Positions 27,753-36,628 of a stretch of DNA of 64,000 bases are shown here, in pieces; positions within the stretch are counted from its first letter, which is position 1, and every line of letters begins with the position of its first letter. Source of the DNA: Acutalibacteraceae bacterium (GTDB lineage: Bacteria > Bacillota > Clostridia > Oscillospirales > Acutalibacteraceae). The notes under the pieces were generated by a model. It made no database searches, was not told the DNA's origin, and saw only the letters and a program-made list of their open reading frames with translations. The position numbers and the translations under genes are program-made. The stretch is from contig JAZLAF010000013.1 of the NCBI GenBank assembly GCA_045613045.1, positions 22,802 to 86,801 on the forward strand. Reading direction: 5' to 3'.

Positions 27753-29528
27753 ATGGAAAAAGAAAAAGGAAAAAAATCAACGGCAGAAAAAAATATTGCC
27801 CTTATGAAACGCTTTTTTCCTTATCTGAAAAAGCATCTGGGCACACAGTTTATGGTGCTTGCCTGTGCTTGTGTATCAGCGGCTTGTGAAATCATTCTGC
27901 CGCTTATTGTGCGCAAAATCACAGACCAAGGTGTTGCATCACCCGAAGGATTGACGATAAAGCTGATTGTCGGAATCACGGTTGCGTATATCGTACTCCG
28001 AGGACTTGACAGCATTGCAGGATTCTGCCAGTCATATTTCGGTCACAAAATGGGCACGAAAATAGAAAACTCAATGAGAGAAGATATTTTCGACCATCTT
28101 CAGACTCTTTCGTTCTCATTTTTTGATAACACCAAGGTTGGTCAGATAATGAGCCGAATGACCTCTGACCTTTTTGATATTGCGGAGTGGTCACATCATT
28201 TCCCTGAAATGCTGCTGATGACAATCGTTAAATTTGTTGCAAGTTTCTTTATTTTTGCAACGATGGATTTCCGTTTTGCAATCGCAATTTTTATCCTGAT
28301 TCCCTTTATGGTAATTTTCACGAAGCGTTCAAGAAGCAAAATGCGTGATACCTTCAAAGAGGGCAGACATCAGGTTGGTGAAATCAATGCACGAATCGAG
28401 GACAGCCTTCTCGGTGTAAGAGTTGTGCGTTCATTCACAAACGAAAAAACCGAAAGAGAAAAGTTCTCCAAAGGCAACGAGAAATACGTTGATATCCGTA
28501 ACAAGAGCCATAAATATATGTCGCAGTTCCATTCAACGGTCAAATTCCTTGACGGAATGACCTATATCTGCGTTATTGCAATGGGTGCTGTTCTGATGAA
28601 AGAGGGCATAACCTCTCCCGGTGATTTTGCAGCCAGCCTTATGCTCATTTCAACTCTTCTCGGTTCAATCCGAACAATCGTTGATTTCAGCGAACAGTTC
28701 AACAGAGGTATCACGGGTGTTGAACGATTTGCGGAAATTATGGATGAAGTGCCTGACATTATTGACGATGAAAATGCCGTTGAAATCACAGACGTTAAGG
28801 GCAAAATCGAATTCAAGGACGTATGCTTCAGCTACGTCAAAGGCGAAAAAGAAATTCTTCATAACCTCAATCTTCACCTCGAACCCGGTGAAAACCTTGC
28901 GGTTGTCGGTCCCAGTGGTGGCGGTAAAACAACGCTTTGCAACCTTATTCCCCGTTTTTACGAACCCGAAAGCGGTGAAATACTGGTTGACGGCAAAAAC
29001 ATAAAAGATATCACTCTTCATTCGCTTCGTTCAAATATCGGTGTTGTTGCTCAGGACGTTTATCTTTTCAGCGGAACGGTCAGAGATAATCTTATTTACG
29101 GCAAAGCAGATGCCACCGATGAAGAGCTCTACGAAGCTGCAAAAAAAGCAGGTGCGCACGAATTCATCAGCTCTTTGCCGAACGGTTACGATACGTATAT
29201 CGGTGAAAGAGGTGTCAAGCTTTCGGGCGGTCAGAAGCAGAGAATTTCAATTGCAAGAGTTTTCCTGAAGAATCCTCCGATTCTTCTTCTTGACGAAGCA
29301 ACTTCCGCACTCGATAACGAAAGCGAAAAGCTTGTTCAGGAATCCCTTGAGCGTCTTGCAAAGGGCAGAACGACTCTTACAATTGCTCACCGCCTTACAA
29401 CTATCCGCAATGCGGATAAAATCGTTGTTCTCACAGAGGAGGGCATTGCCGAGCAGGGCTCACACAAAGAGCTGATGCAAAAAGACGGCATCTATGCAAA
29501 TATGTATAATATGTACGCAATTATCTGA
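27753..29528 (+). CDS. ABC exporter, fused TMD-NBD (multidrug/MsbA-like)
   Basis: Six-TM N-terminal domain; GPSGGGKT, LSGGQKQR, LLLDEATSALD, IAHR. Confidence 0.92.
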   Translation: MEKEKGKKSTAEKNIALMKRFFPYLKKHLGTQFMVLACACVSAACEIILPLIVRKITDQGVASPEGLTIKLIVGITVAYIVLRGLDSIAGFCQSYFGHKMGTKIENSMREDIFDHLQTLSFSFFDNTKVGQIMSRMTSDLFDIAEWSHHFPEMLLMTIVKFVASFFIFATMDFRFAIAIFILIPFMVIFTKRSRSKMRDTFKEGRHQVGEINARIEDSLLGVRVVRSFTNEKTEREKFSKGNEKYVDIRNKSHKYMSQFHSTVKFLDGMTYICVIAMGAVLMKEGITSPGDFAASLMLISTLLGSIRTIVDFSEQFNRGITGVERFAEIMDEVPDIIDDENAVEITDVKGKIEFKDVCFSYVKGEKEILHNLNLHLEPGENLAVVGPSGGGKTTLCNLIPRFYEPESGEILVDGKNIKDITLHSLRSNIGVVAQDVYLFSGTVRDNLIYGKADATDEELYEAAKKAGAHEFISSLPNGYDTYIGERGVKLSGGQKQRISIARVFLKNPPILLLDEATSALDNESEKLVQESLERLAKGRTTLTIAHRLTTIRNADKIVVLTEEGIAEQGSHKELMQKDGIYANMYNMYAII

Positions 29529-29555
29529 TTAATTGCGAAGAAAGGAATAAACACT

Positions 29556-29981
29556 ATGCTTAAAAACATCTCCCCCATCATCTCACCCGAGCTTCTCAAG
29601 ATTCTTATGGAAATGGGTCACGGTGACGAAATCGTTATCGGTGACGGCAATTTCCCCTCAGCTTCAATTGCACAGAAGCTTGTTCGTCTTGACGGCCACG
29701 GCGTAAACGAAATTCTCGAGGCAATTCTTAAGCTTATGCCTCTTGATACATATGTTGATGCTCCCGTTGCTCTTATGGATAACGGCGATGCATCAAATCC
29801 TCCTCCCATCTGGGCAGACTACAAAAACACCATCGTTGCTGAAGAAGGCGAAAAGAATATCGAGCTTGTTGAACGTTTCGCATTCTATGACAGAGCAAAG
29901 AAAGCATACGCAGTTATCGCAACGGGCGAAACCGCTATCTATGCAAACATCATTCTCAAAAAAGGCGTTGTTATTCAGTAA
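29556..29981 (+). CDS. fucU: L-fucose mutarotase (RbsD/FucU family)
   Basis: MLKNISPIISPELL...MGHGDEIVIGDGNFP, ERFAFY, TGETAIYAN. Confidence 0.9.
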   Translation: MLKNISPIISPELLKILMEMGHGDEIVIGDGNFPSASIAQKLVRLDGHGVNEILEAILKLMPLDTYVDAPVALMDNGDASNPPPIWADYKNTIVAEEGEKNIELVERFAFYDRAKKAYAVIATGETAIYANIILKKGVVIQ

Positions 29982-29993
29982 AGGAGAAAGCAG

Positions 29994-31463
29994 ATGAACA
30001 AACGAGTTCTTGCCATCGATTTCGGTGCGTCAAGTGGCAGAGCGATTCTCGGCACTTTTGACGGCAAAAAAATCACACTTGAAGAAGTGCACCGTTTCTC
30101 AAACGATCCCGTAAAAGTTGGCGACACAATGTATTGGGACGTGCTTCGCCTTTTCCACGAAATCAAGCAGGGTATTGTCAAAGCAAAGCTTGCAGGCGGG
30201 TTTGACAGCGTCGGTATCGACACCTGGGGCGTTGACTTTGGTTTGATTGATGAATTCGGCTGTCTGCTTGAGAATCCGATTCATTACAGAGACGAGCGCA
30301 CAAAGGGTCTCATCGAGGAATGTGCCGAAACCGTTCCGAACGATGAATTCTACGGCACAACGGGTATCCAGTTTATGGAGCTTAACACCGTTTATCAGCT
30401 CTATTCGCTTAAAAAATACCGTCCTCATATGCTTGAAAGAGCAGATAAAATTCTCTTTATGCCCGATCTTTTCGGCTATATGCTTACGGGCAAAAAGACA
30501 ACCGAATATTCAATCGCAACAACCTCGCAGATGATTGACCTCAAAACAAAAAAATGGGCAACTCCGCTTCTTGACAGACTCGGAATCCCCTCAAGATTGC
30601 TTTGCGACGTTGCTCCTTCGGGCACGGTTCTCGGCAAAATCAGAGAGGATATCTGTGCCGAATGCGGTATCCCCGAGGTTGACGTAATCAGCGTTTGCGG
30701 TCACGATACGCAGAGCGCAATCACAGCCGTTCCTTGCACAGAAGGCGATTTTGCCTTCCTTTCAAGCGGCACCTGGTCGCTTTTCGGAACAGAGCTTGAC
30801 AAACCCATTGTTGATGAGAAATCAATCGCAATGAATGTCACAAATGAAGGCGGCTACAACGAAAAAGTCGGCTTCCTCAAGAATATCATCGGTCTTTGGC
30901 TGATTCAGGAGAGCCGCCGTCACTGGAACAGAAACGGTGAAAACTACTCCTACGCAGACCTTGAAAAGCTCGCTCTTGCAGCAGAGCCTTTCAAATGCTT
31001 CATCGACCCCGATGCACCCGAATTTGTACCTCACGGCAACATCCCCGAGAGAGTCCGTGAATATTGCCGCAAAACTGGTCAGGCTGTTCCCGAAAGTGTT
31101 GGCGAAGTTATGCGTTGCATCTACGAAAGCCTTGCGATGAAATACCGTCTGACCCTTGAAAAGCTTGAAGAATGCACGGGCAAGACTTATCCCGCAATCC
31201 ACGTTATCGGCGGCGGCACAAAGGATACTCTTCTTTGCAAGATGACCGCTTGTTCTTGCGGCAGAGACGTTATTGCAGGTCCGATTGAAGCAACGGTTCT
31301 CGGCAATATTCTTGTTCAGCTTCTTTCCTGTGGTGCAATCGCAGATATCGAGGAGGCAAGAAAGGTTGTCAGAGAGAGCGAAAACACAGCTCACTACGCT
31401 CCCGAAAACACCGCAGAATGGACTGCGGCTTACGAAAGATTCAAAGCAGTTGTTAATTCATAA
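29994..31463 (+). CDS. RhaB-like FGGY kinase, probably acting as L-fuculokinase
   Basis: AIDFGASSGR, IDTWGVDF, HYRD, HDTQSA, SSGTWS, TNEGG, GGG; lies between fucU and fucI. Confidence 0.85.
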   Translation: MNKRVLAIDFGASSGRAILGTFDGKKITLEEVHRFSNDPVKVGDTMYWDVLRLFHEIKQGIVKAKLAGGFDSVGIDTWGVDFGLIDEFGCLLENPIHYRDERTKGLIEECAETVPNDEFYGTTGIQFMELNTVYQLYSLKKYRPHMLERADKILFMPDLFGYMLTGKKTTEYSIATTSQMIDLKTKKWATPLLDRLGIPSRLLCDVAPSGTVLGKIREDICAECGIPEVDVISVCGHDTQSAITAVPCTEGDFAFLSSGTWSLFGTELDKPIVDEKSIAMNVTNEGGYNEKVGFLKNIIGLWLIQESRRHWNRNGENYSYADLEKLALAAEPFKCFIDPDAPEFVPHGNIPERVREYCRKTGQAVPESVGEVMRCIYESLAMKYRLTLEKLEECTGKTYPAIHVIGGGTKDTLLCKMTACSCGRDVIAGPIEATVLGNILVQLLSCGAIADIEEARKVVRESENTAHYAPENTAEWTAAYERFKAVVNS

Positions 31464-31499
31464 AATAAATTTTCATTACATAGAAAGGATTTGATTAAC

Positions 31500-33296
31500 A
31501 TGGCAAAAAACAGATTAATCGGCGATTATCCCGTAATCGGTATTCGCCCCATCATTGACGGCAGAAGAGGTCCTCTTGACGTAAGAGGTTCACTTGAAGA
31601 GCAGACAATGAATATGGCAAAGACCGCAAAGGCTCTCTTTGAGGAAAATCTTCGCTATTCAAACGGCGATCCCGTTAAGGTTGTTATCGCTGACACAACA
31701 ATCGGCAGAGTTGCCGAGGCTGCTGCTTGTGCTGCAAAGTTCAAGAAGGAAGGCGTTGACATCACTCTTTCCGTTACTCCCTGCTGGTGCTACGGTTCCG
31801 AAACAATGGATATGGATCCCACAACAATCAAGGGTGTCTGGGGCTTCAACGCAACTGAAAGACCCGGCGCAGTTTACCTTGCATCCGTTCTTGCAGCTCA
31901 TGCTCAGAAGGGTCTGCCTGCATTCGGCATCTACGGCAAGGACGTTCAGGATGCTGACGATGCTTCCGTTCCCGATGACGTTAAAGAAAAGCTCCTCCGC
32001 TTCGCTCGTGCAGCTGTTGCAGTTGCAACAATGAGAGGCAAGAGCTATCTCCAGATCGGTTCAATCTGCATGGGTATTGCAGGTTCATCAATCGACCCCG
32101 ATTTCATCGAAGAATATCTCGGTATGAGAGTTGAATCCGTTGACGAGGTTGAAGTTATCCGCCGAATGTCAGAAGGCATCTATGACGAGGCTGAATACCA
32201 GAAGGCTCTCGCATGGACAAAGGCAAAGTGCAAGGAAGGCTTCGATAAGAACCCCGACTTCGTAAAGAAGAGCGATGAGCAGAAGGAAAAGGATTGGGAA
32301 TTCGTAGTTAAGATGATGTGCATCATCAAAGACCTTATGAACGGCAATCCCAACCTTCCCGCAGGCTGCGAAGAAGAAATGGTTGGCCACAACGCAATCG
32401 CAGCAGGCTTCCAGGGTCAGAGACAGTGGACAGACTTCTATCCCAACGCTGACTTTGCAGAAGCTCTCCTCAACACTTCCTTCGACTGGGAAGGCGTAAG
32501 AGAACCCTACATCCTTGCAACAGAGAACGACGTTCTCAACGGCATTGGTATGCTCTTCATGAAATTGCTCACCAACAGACCTCAGATGTTTGCTGACGTT
32601 CGTACTCACTGGAGTGCAGATGCAGTTAAGAGAGTTACAGGCTATGATATCGAAGGCAAGGCTGCAGAAGCAGGCGGCTTCATTCACCTTATCAACTCAG
32701 GTGCTTGCTGCCTTGACGCTTGCGGTGAAGTTAAGGATGAAAACGGCAACGGTATCATCAAAGAGTGGTACAACGTTACAGAAGAAGATGCTGACAAGAT
32801 TCTTGAAGCAACAACATGGAACGCAGCAGATAACGGCTACTTCAGAGGCGGCGGATATTCATCACGTTTCCTTACCAGAGCTGAAATGCCTGCAACAATG
32901 ATCCGTCTTAACCTCGTTAAGGGTCTCGGCCCCGTTCTTCAGATTGTTGAAGGTTGGACAGTTGCACTTCCCGACGAAGTTTCAGACATCATTTGGAAGA
33001 GAACAGACTACACATGGCCCTGCACATGGTTCGCACCCAGATGCACAGGCGAAGGCGCATTCAAGTCAGCATATGACCTTATGAATAACTGGGGTGCAAA
33101 CCACGGTGCTATTTCCTACGGTCACATCGGTGCTGATATCATCACAATGGCATCAATGCTCCGCATTCCCGTTGCTCTTCACAACGTTGAGGACGATAAG
33201 ATTTTCCGTCCCGCTTGCTGGGGTGCATTCGGCACAAAGGATCTCGAAGGCGCAGACTTCAGAGCTTGCGGCACATACGGTCCTCTTTACAAATAA
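31500..33296 (+). CDS. fucI: L-fucose isomerase
   Basis: [49 protein letters not shown]. Confidence 0.96.
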   Translation: MAKNRLIGDYPVIGIRPIIDGRRGPLDVRGSLEEQTMNMAKTAKALFEENLRYSNGDPVKVVIADTTIGRVAEAAACAAKFKKEGVDITLSVTPCWCYGSETMDMDPTTIKGVWGFNATERPGAVYLASVLAAHAQKGLPAFGIYGKDVQDADDASVPDDVKEKLLRFARAAVAVATMRGKSYLQIGSICMGIAGSSIDPDFIEEYLGMRVESVDEVEVIRRMSEGIYDEAEYQKALAWTKAKCKEGFDKNPDFVKKSDEQKEKDWEFVVKMMCIIKDLMNGNPNLPAGCEEEMVGHNAIAAGFQGQRQWTDFYPNADFAEALLNTSFDWEGVREPYILATENDVLNGIGMLFMKLLTNRPQMFADVRTHWSADAVKRVTGYDIEGKAAEAGGFIHLINSGACCLDACGEVKDENGNGIIKEWYNVTEEDADKILEATTWNAADNGYFRGGGYSSRFLTRAEMPATMIRLNLVKGLGPVLQIVEGWTVALPDEVSDIIWKRTDYTWPCTWFAPRCTGEGAFKSAYDLMNNWGANHGAISYGHIGADIITMASMLRIPVALHNVEDDKIFRPACWGAFGTKDLEGADFRACGTYGPLYK

Positions 33297-33311
33297 TTTA
33301 AAATTCACATC

Positions 33312-33339
33312 AGCGGACTGCTTTGCAGTCCGCTTTTTT
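33312..33339 (+). terminator. Intrinsic terminator after fucI
   Basis: AGCGGACTGC-TTT-GCAGTCCGCT followed by a T tract. Confidence 0.85.
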
Positions 33340-33472
33340 GTTTTGTTCACAAAATATTTAATATATATCAAAATTTTCGCAAAATTGGTCTTTTATTTTA
33401 TAATAACAAGTGATATAATATATCCGATTATGGGTAATTATGTTTATAAAACTATTTATAGGAGGCATAGAA

Positions 33473-34180
33473 GTGTCTAAAATTATTACCGTAAAAAACC
33501 TGAAGAAGTCTTACGGCACCATTCAAGTGCTCAACGGCATTTCCTTCAGCCTTGAAGAGGGTCAGATTATCGGTCTGCTCGGTCCCAACGGCTGCGGAAA
33601 AACTTCACTCATCAAAATCCTCACAGGTCTTATCAACGATTACAGCGGCGAGGTTCTTATCGACGGAAAGAAACCCGGCAAGGAAAGCAAGGCAAAGGTT
33701 GCATTCCTCCCCGAAAAGACTTATCTTCCCACGTGGATGGTTGCTGACGATGCTATCAACTATATTGCCGATTTCTACGATGATTTCGATAAAGAAAAGG
33801 CAATGCGCATGATGGACGTTTTCCAGCTCAACCATAAGCAGAAGGTCAAGACAATGTCAAAGGGTCAGCAGGAAAAGCTTCAGCTTCTTCTCGTTATGTG
33901 CCGCAATGCAAGAATCTATATTCTTGACGAGCCTATGGGTGGCGTTGACCCTGCAGCAAGAGATTTCATTCTTGAAACAATCCTTAAAAACCGTCCCGAA
34001 GGTTCAACAATTCTTATGTCTACTCACCTTATTCAGGACGTTGAAGAGATTTTTGATTCAATTCTTATGATTCGTCAGGGTGAAGTCCGTATTCAGGATT
34101 CCGTTGAGAATCTCACAAAGGATGGCAAGACCATTAACGATTTGTTTAAGGAGGTGTTCAGCGTTGACTGGCAATTCTAA
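33473..34180 (+). CDS. ABC-2 type transporter ATP-binding protein
   Basis: GPNGCGKT, MSKGQ, LDEPMGG, STH; GTG start with GGAGG RBS. Confidence 0.88.
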   Translation: MSKIITVKNLKKSYGTIQVLNGISFSLEEGQIIGLLGPNGCGKTSLIKILTGLINDYSGEVLIDGKKPGKESKAKVAFLPEKTYLPTWMVADDAINYIADFYDDFDKEKAMRMMDVFQLNHKQKVKTMSKGQQEKLQLLLVMCRNARIYILDEPMGGVDPAARDFILETILKNRPEGSTILMSTHLIQDVEEIFDSILMIRQGEVRIQDSVENLTKDGKTINDLFKEVFSVDWQF

Positions 34181-35054
34181 ATTCAAGAGCAAGTTCGGTA
34201 TGCTTCTCAAAAATGATTTCCTTGCAAGCGCGAGAGTAATCAGTCTTTTCTACATTTTTGAGATTATCGTTCTTCTGGTATTTTCCGTTGGTGCTTATCT
34301 CAACAAAAAGGGCGTTGAACAGACCGAGTTCGTTTCAAAGCTCATAAATACAAGTAACGTTGCAATCATCATTGCAATTCTTGTTGCATTCCTGCTTATT
34401 TTTGTAACGTTCTTCTTTGTTGTTTTCGATTTCAACAAATCGCTCTTCAGCCCACAGGGCTATCTGAGTTTTACCCTCCCCGTATCGAGCAATCAGCTTC
34501 TCGGCTCAAAGCTCATCGTTTACGGCGGTTGGATGATCGTCAGCTACGTGGTATTCTTCCTTGTAACGTTCTGCTTGTTATCTTACGGTGAACAGTACGT
34601 TGTCGGTCAGGATAGAGTTGATACTCTTGAAATGATGCTTGTTCAGTTTATGAACTTCCCCTCAAAATCCCAGATTATCGCATATGCGGTATACTATATC
34701 ATTGAGTTCTTCGCAATGATGCTTACATTCGTTTCTGTTGTTTATTTCTCGATTTCTCTTTCTCATATCAGAGTTTTCCAGAAGCATTCAATGGTTTTTG
34801 CAGTTATCATCTTCTTTGTTGTTTCAGGTATTCTTGCCTGGGCAACCACACTTCCCTCGAATTTATTCGAGCTTATCCTTCAGTTTAAATCAGACGGATC
34901 TATCGGTATCGGAATTATCAAACCCGATGAATACGTTTTTGCAGACGGAACAATGCCGTTTAACCTTAACTCAATCATTGTGAGTCTGCTTGAATGCGTA
35001 GGCCTCTTCTTTGCAACTTCTCACGTTATGCATAAGATGGTAAACATTAAATAA
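34164..35054 (+). CDS. ABC-2 type transporter permease
   Basis: Six hydrophobic segments, GYLSFTLPVSSNQLLGSKL; TTG start 7 nt after AAGGAGGTG. Confidence 0.8.
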   Translation: MTGNSKFKSKFGMLLKNDFLASARVISLFYIFEIIVLLVFSVGAYLNKKGVEQTEFVSKLINTSNVAIIIAILVAFLLIFVTFFFVVFDFNKSLFSPQGYLSFTLPVSSNQLLGSKLIVYGGWMIVSYVVFFLVTFCLLSYGEQYVVGQDRVDTLEMMLVQFMNFPSKSQIIAYAVYYIIEFFAMMLTFVSVVYFSISLSHIRVFQKHSMVFAVIIFFVVSGILAWATTLPSNLFELILQFKSDGSIGIGIIKPDEYVFADGTMPFNLNSIIVSLLECVGLFFATSHVMHKMVNIK

Positions 35055-35084
35055 AACATTCCTTATCGGCAAGGAGCGATTCTT

Positions 35085-36221
35085 ATAAAAATCGGTATTT
35101 TCGGAGGAACTTTCAACCCTCCACATAAAGGCCATACCCGTTTGCTTGAAACGGTTGCCGAAACAGTCGGCCTTGAAAAGCTGATTGTCATTCCCTCGTG
35201 CATTCCGCCGCATAAGCTCGCTTGCGAACTTGCATCGGGCGAACAAAGGCTCGAAATGTGCCGCCTTGCGTTTGACGGAATGAATTGTGAGATTTCGGAT
35301 ATCGAGCTGAAAAGAAGCGGCAAAAGCTATACCGTTGAAACTCTCAGAGAGCTTAAAAAGCAATTCCCCGATGACGAGCTGTTTTTCATTGTCGGCTCGG
35401 ATATGCTGGAGAGCTTTCAGAGATGGTATTGCTGGGAAGAGATTCTTTCACTTGCAGTGATTTGCGCAGCATCGAGAGAAAACGGATTTGAGCCTGACTG
35501 GAACGGATATACTGCGGAGCAGAGAAACAGATTTGTTTTCGTTGTTGCAGATCCTCTTGAGGTCAGCTCAACAGAGCTTCGCAAGGGCGAAAAAACCGAC
35601 TTGCTTGACCCTGCGGTTGCAGAGTATATCGAGGCAAACGGTCTTTACAGCGACGGATTATCGGAATACCGAAAGCTCCTTAAAGAAAAGCTTGATAAAT
35701 ACAGACTCAATCACAGCGAGTGCGTGAGCGAATGCGCCGCAGACCTTGCGGAGAAATACGGTGCGGATGTTTACAAAGCACGGGTCGCAGGACTTCTTCA
35801 CGACGTTATGAAGAATGCGCCTGCCAACGAGCACTTGCTTCTTCTGAATAATATTTCAGAGGTTGAGCTTAACAACCCCAAGGTGTGGCATCAGATTTCG
35901 GGTGAAGCGTTTTTGAGAAAAAACGGAATCATAACCGATGAAGAAATTCTCGGTGCCGTCAGATGGCACACAACGGGCAGGGCAGGAATGACTCTGCTTG
36001 AAAAAGTCGTCTACGTTGCGGATTTTATATCGGCGGACAGAAAATACGAAGACGTTGACGTTGTTCGGAAACTTGCTGATTCAAGTCTCGAACAAGCGAT
36101 ACTTTACACAACACGGTACACAATCAAAAAACTTGCGGCAAGCGATATGCTTATTCACCCCGCAACCGTGGAATGCTATAACGATATGCTTCTGCATTTC
36201 AGGAAAGGGCAGGATAAATAA
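35085..36221 (+). CDS. nadD: Nicotinate-nucleotide adenylyltransferase fused to YqeK-like HD-domain hydrolase
   Basis: KIGIFGGTFNPPHKGH (HxGH), SYTVETL, FIVGSD, SST; HD domain HSECV, LLHD, RWHTTG, ADF. The conserved N-terminus lies upstream of the ORF-track TTG at 35142, implying a non-canonical start (ATA at 35085). Confidence 0.85.
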   Translation: MKIGIFGGTFNPPHKGHTRLLETVAETVGLEKLIVIPSCIPPHKLACELASGEQRLEMCRLAFDGMNCEISDIELKRSGKSYTVETLRELKKQFPDDELFFIVGSDMLESFQRWYCWEEILSLAVICAASRENGFEPDWNGYTAEQRNRFVFVVADPLEVSSTELRKGEKTDLLDPAVAEYIEANGLYSDGLSEYRKLLKEKLDKYRLNHSECVSECAADLAEKYGADVYKARVAGLLHDVMKNAPANEHLLLLNNISEVELNNPKVWHQISGEAFLRKNGIITDEEILGAVRWHTTGRAGMTLLEKVVYVADFISADRKYEDVDVVRKLADSSLEQAILYTTRYTIKKLAASDMLIHPATVECYNDMLLHFRKGQDK

Positions 36222-36581
36222 ATGGAATCAAACGTACTTGTTAAAGAAATAGCTAAAGTTCTCGATGAAAAGAAGGCTGTTGATATCGTTGCAATCAAAA
36301 CCGAAGAGGTAACGATTGTTTCTGATTATTTCATCATCGCATCGGGCACTTCAAATACTCATGCAAAGTCACTTGCGGATGACGTTGAGTATGAAATCAA
36401 AACCCGTTTCGGTGTTGACCCCGAGCATATCGAGGGAAGAGCAACGGGCTGGATTCTTCTTGACTACGGCACAGTTCTTGTTCACGTTTTCACCCAGGAT
36501 AACAGAGAATACTATAACCTTGAGCGTCTTTGGGCAGATGCAAGCACAGTTGACCTGAGCGACGTTGTTACAGAAGACTAA
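36222..36581 (+). CDS. rsfS: Ribosome silencing factor
   Basis: LDEKKAVDI, DYFIIASG, WILLDYG.VLVHVF, REYYNLERLW. Confidence 0.95.
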   Translation: MESNVLVKEIAKVLDEKKAVDIVAIKTEEVTIVSDYFIIASGTSNTHAKSLADDVEYEIKTRFGVDPEHIEGRATGWILLDYGTVLVHVFTQDNREYYNLERLWADASTVDLSDVVTED

Positions 36582-36628
36582 TTGAAAAGCTAAAACAAAA
36601 GGTTGAATCAGAAAGGAAGAAGAGCAAA

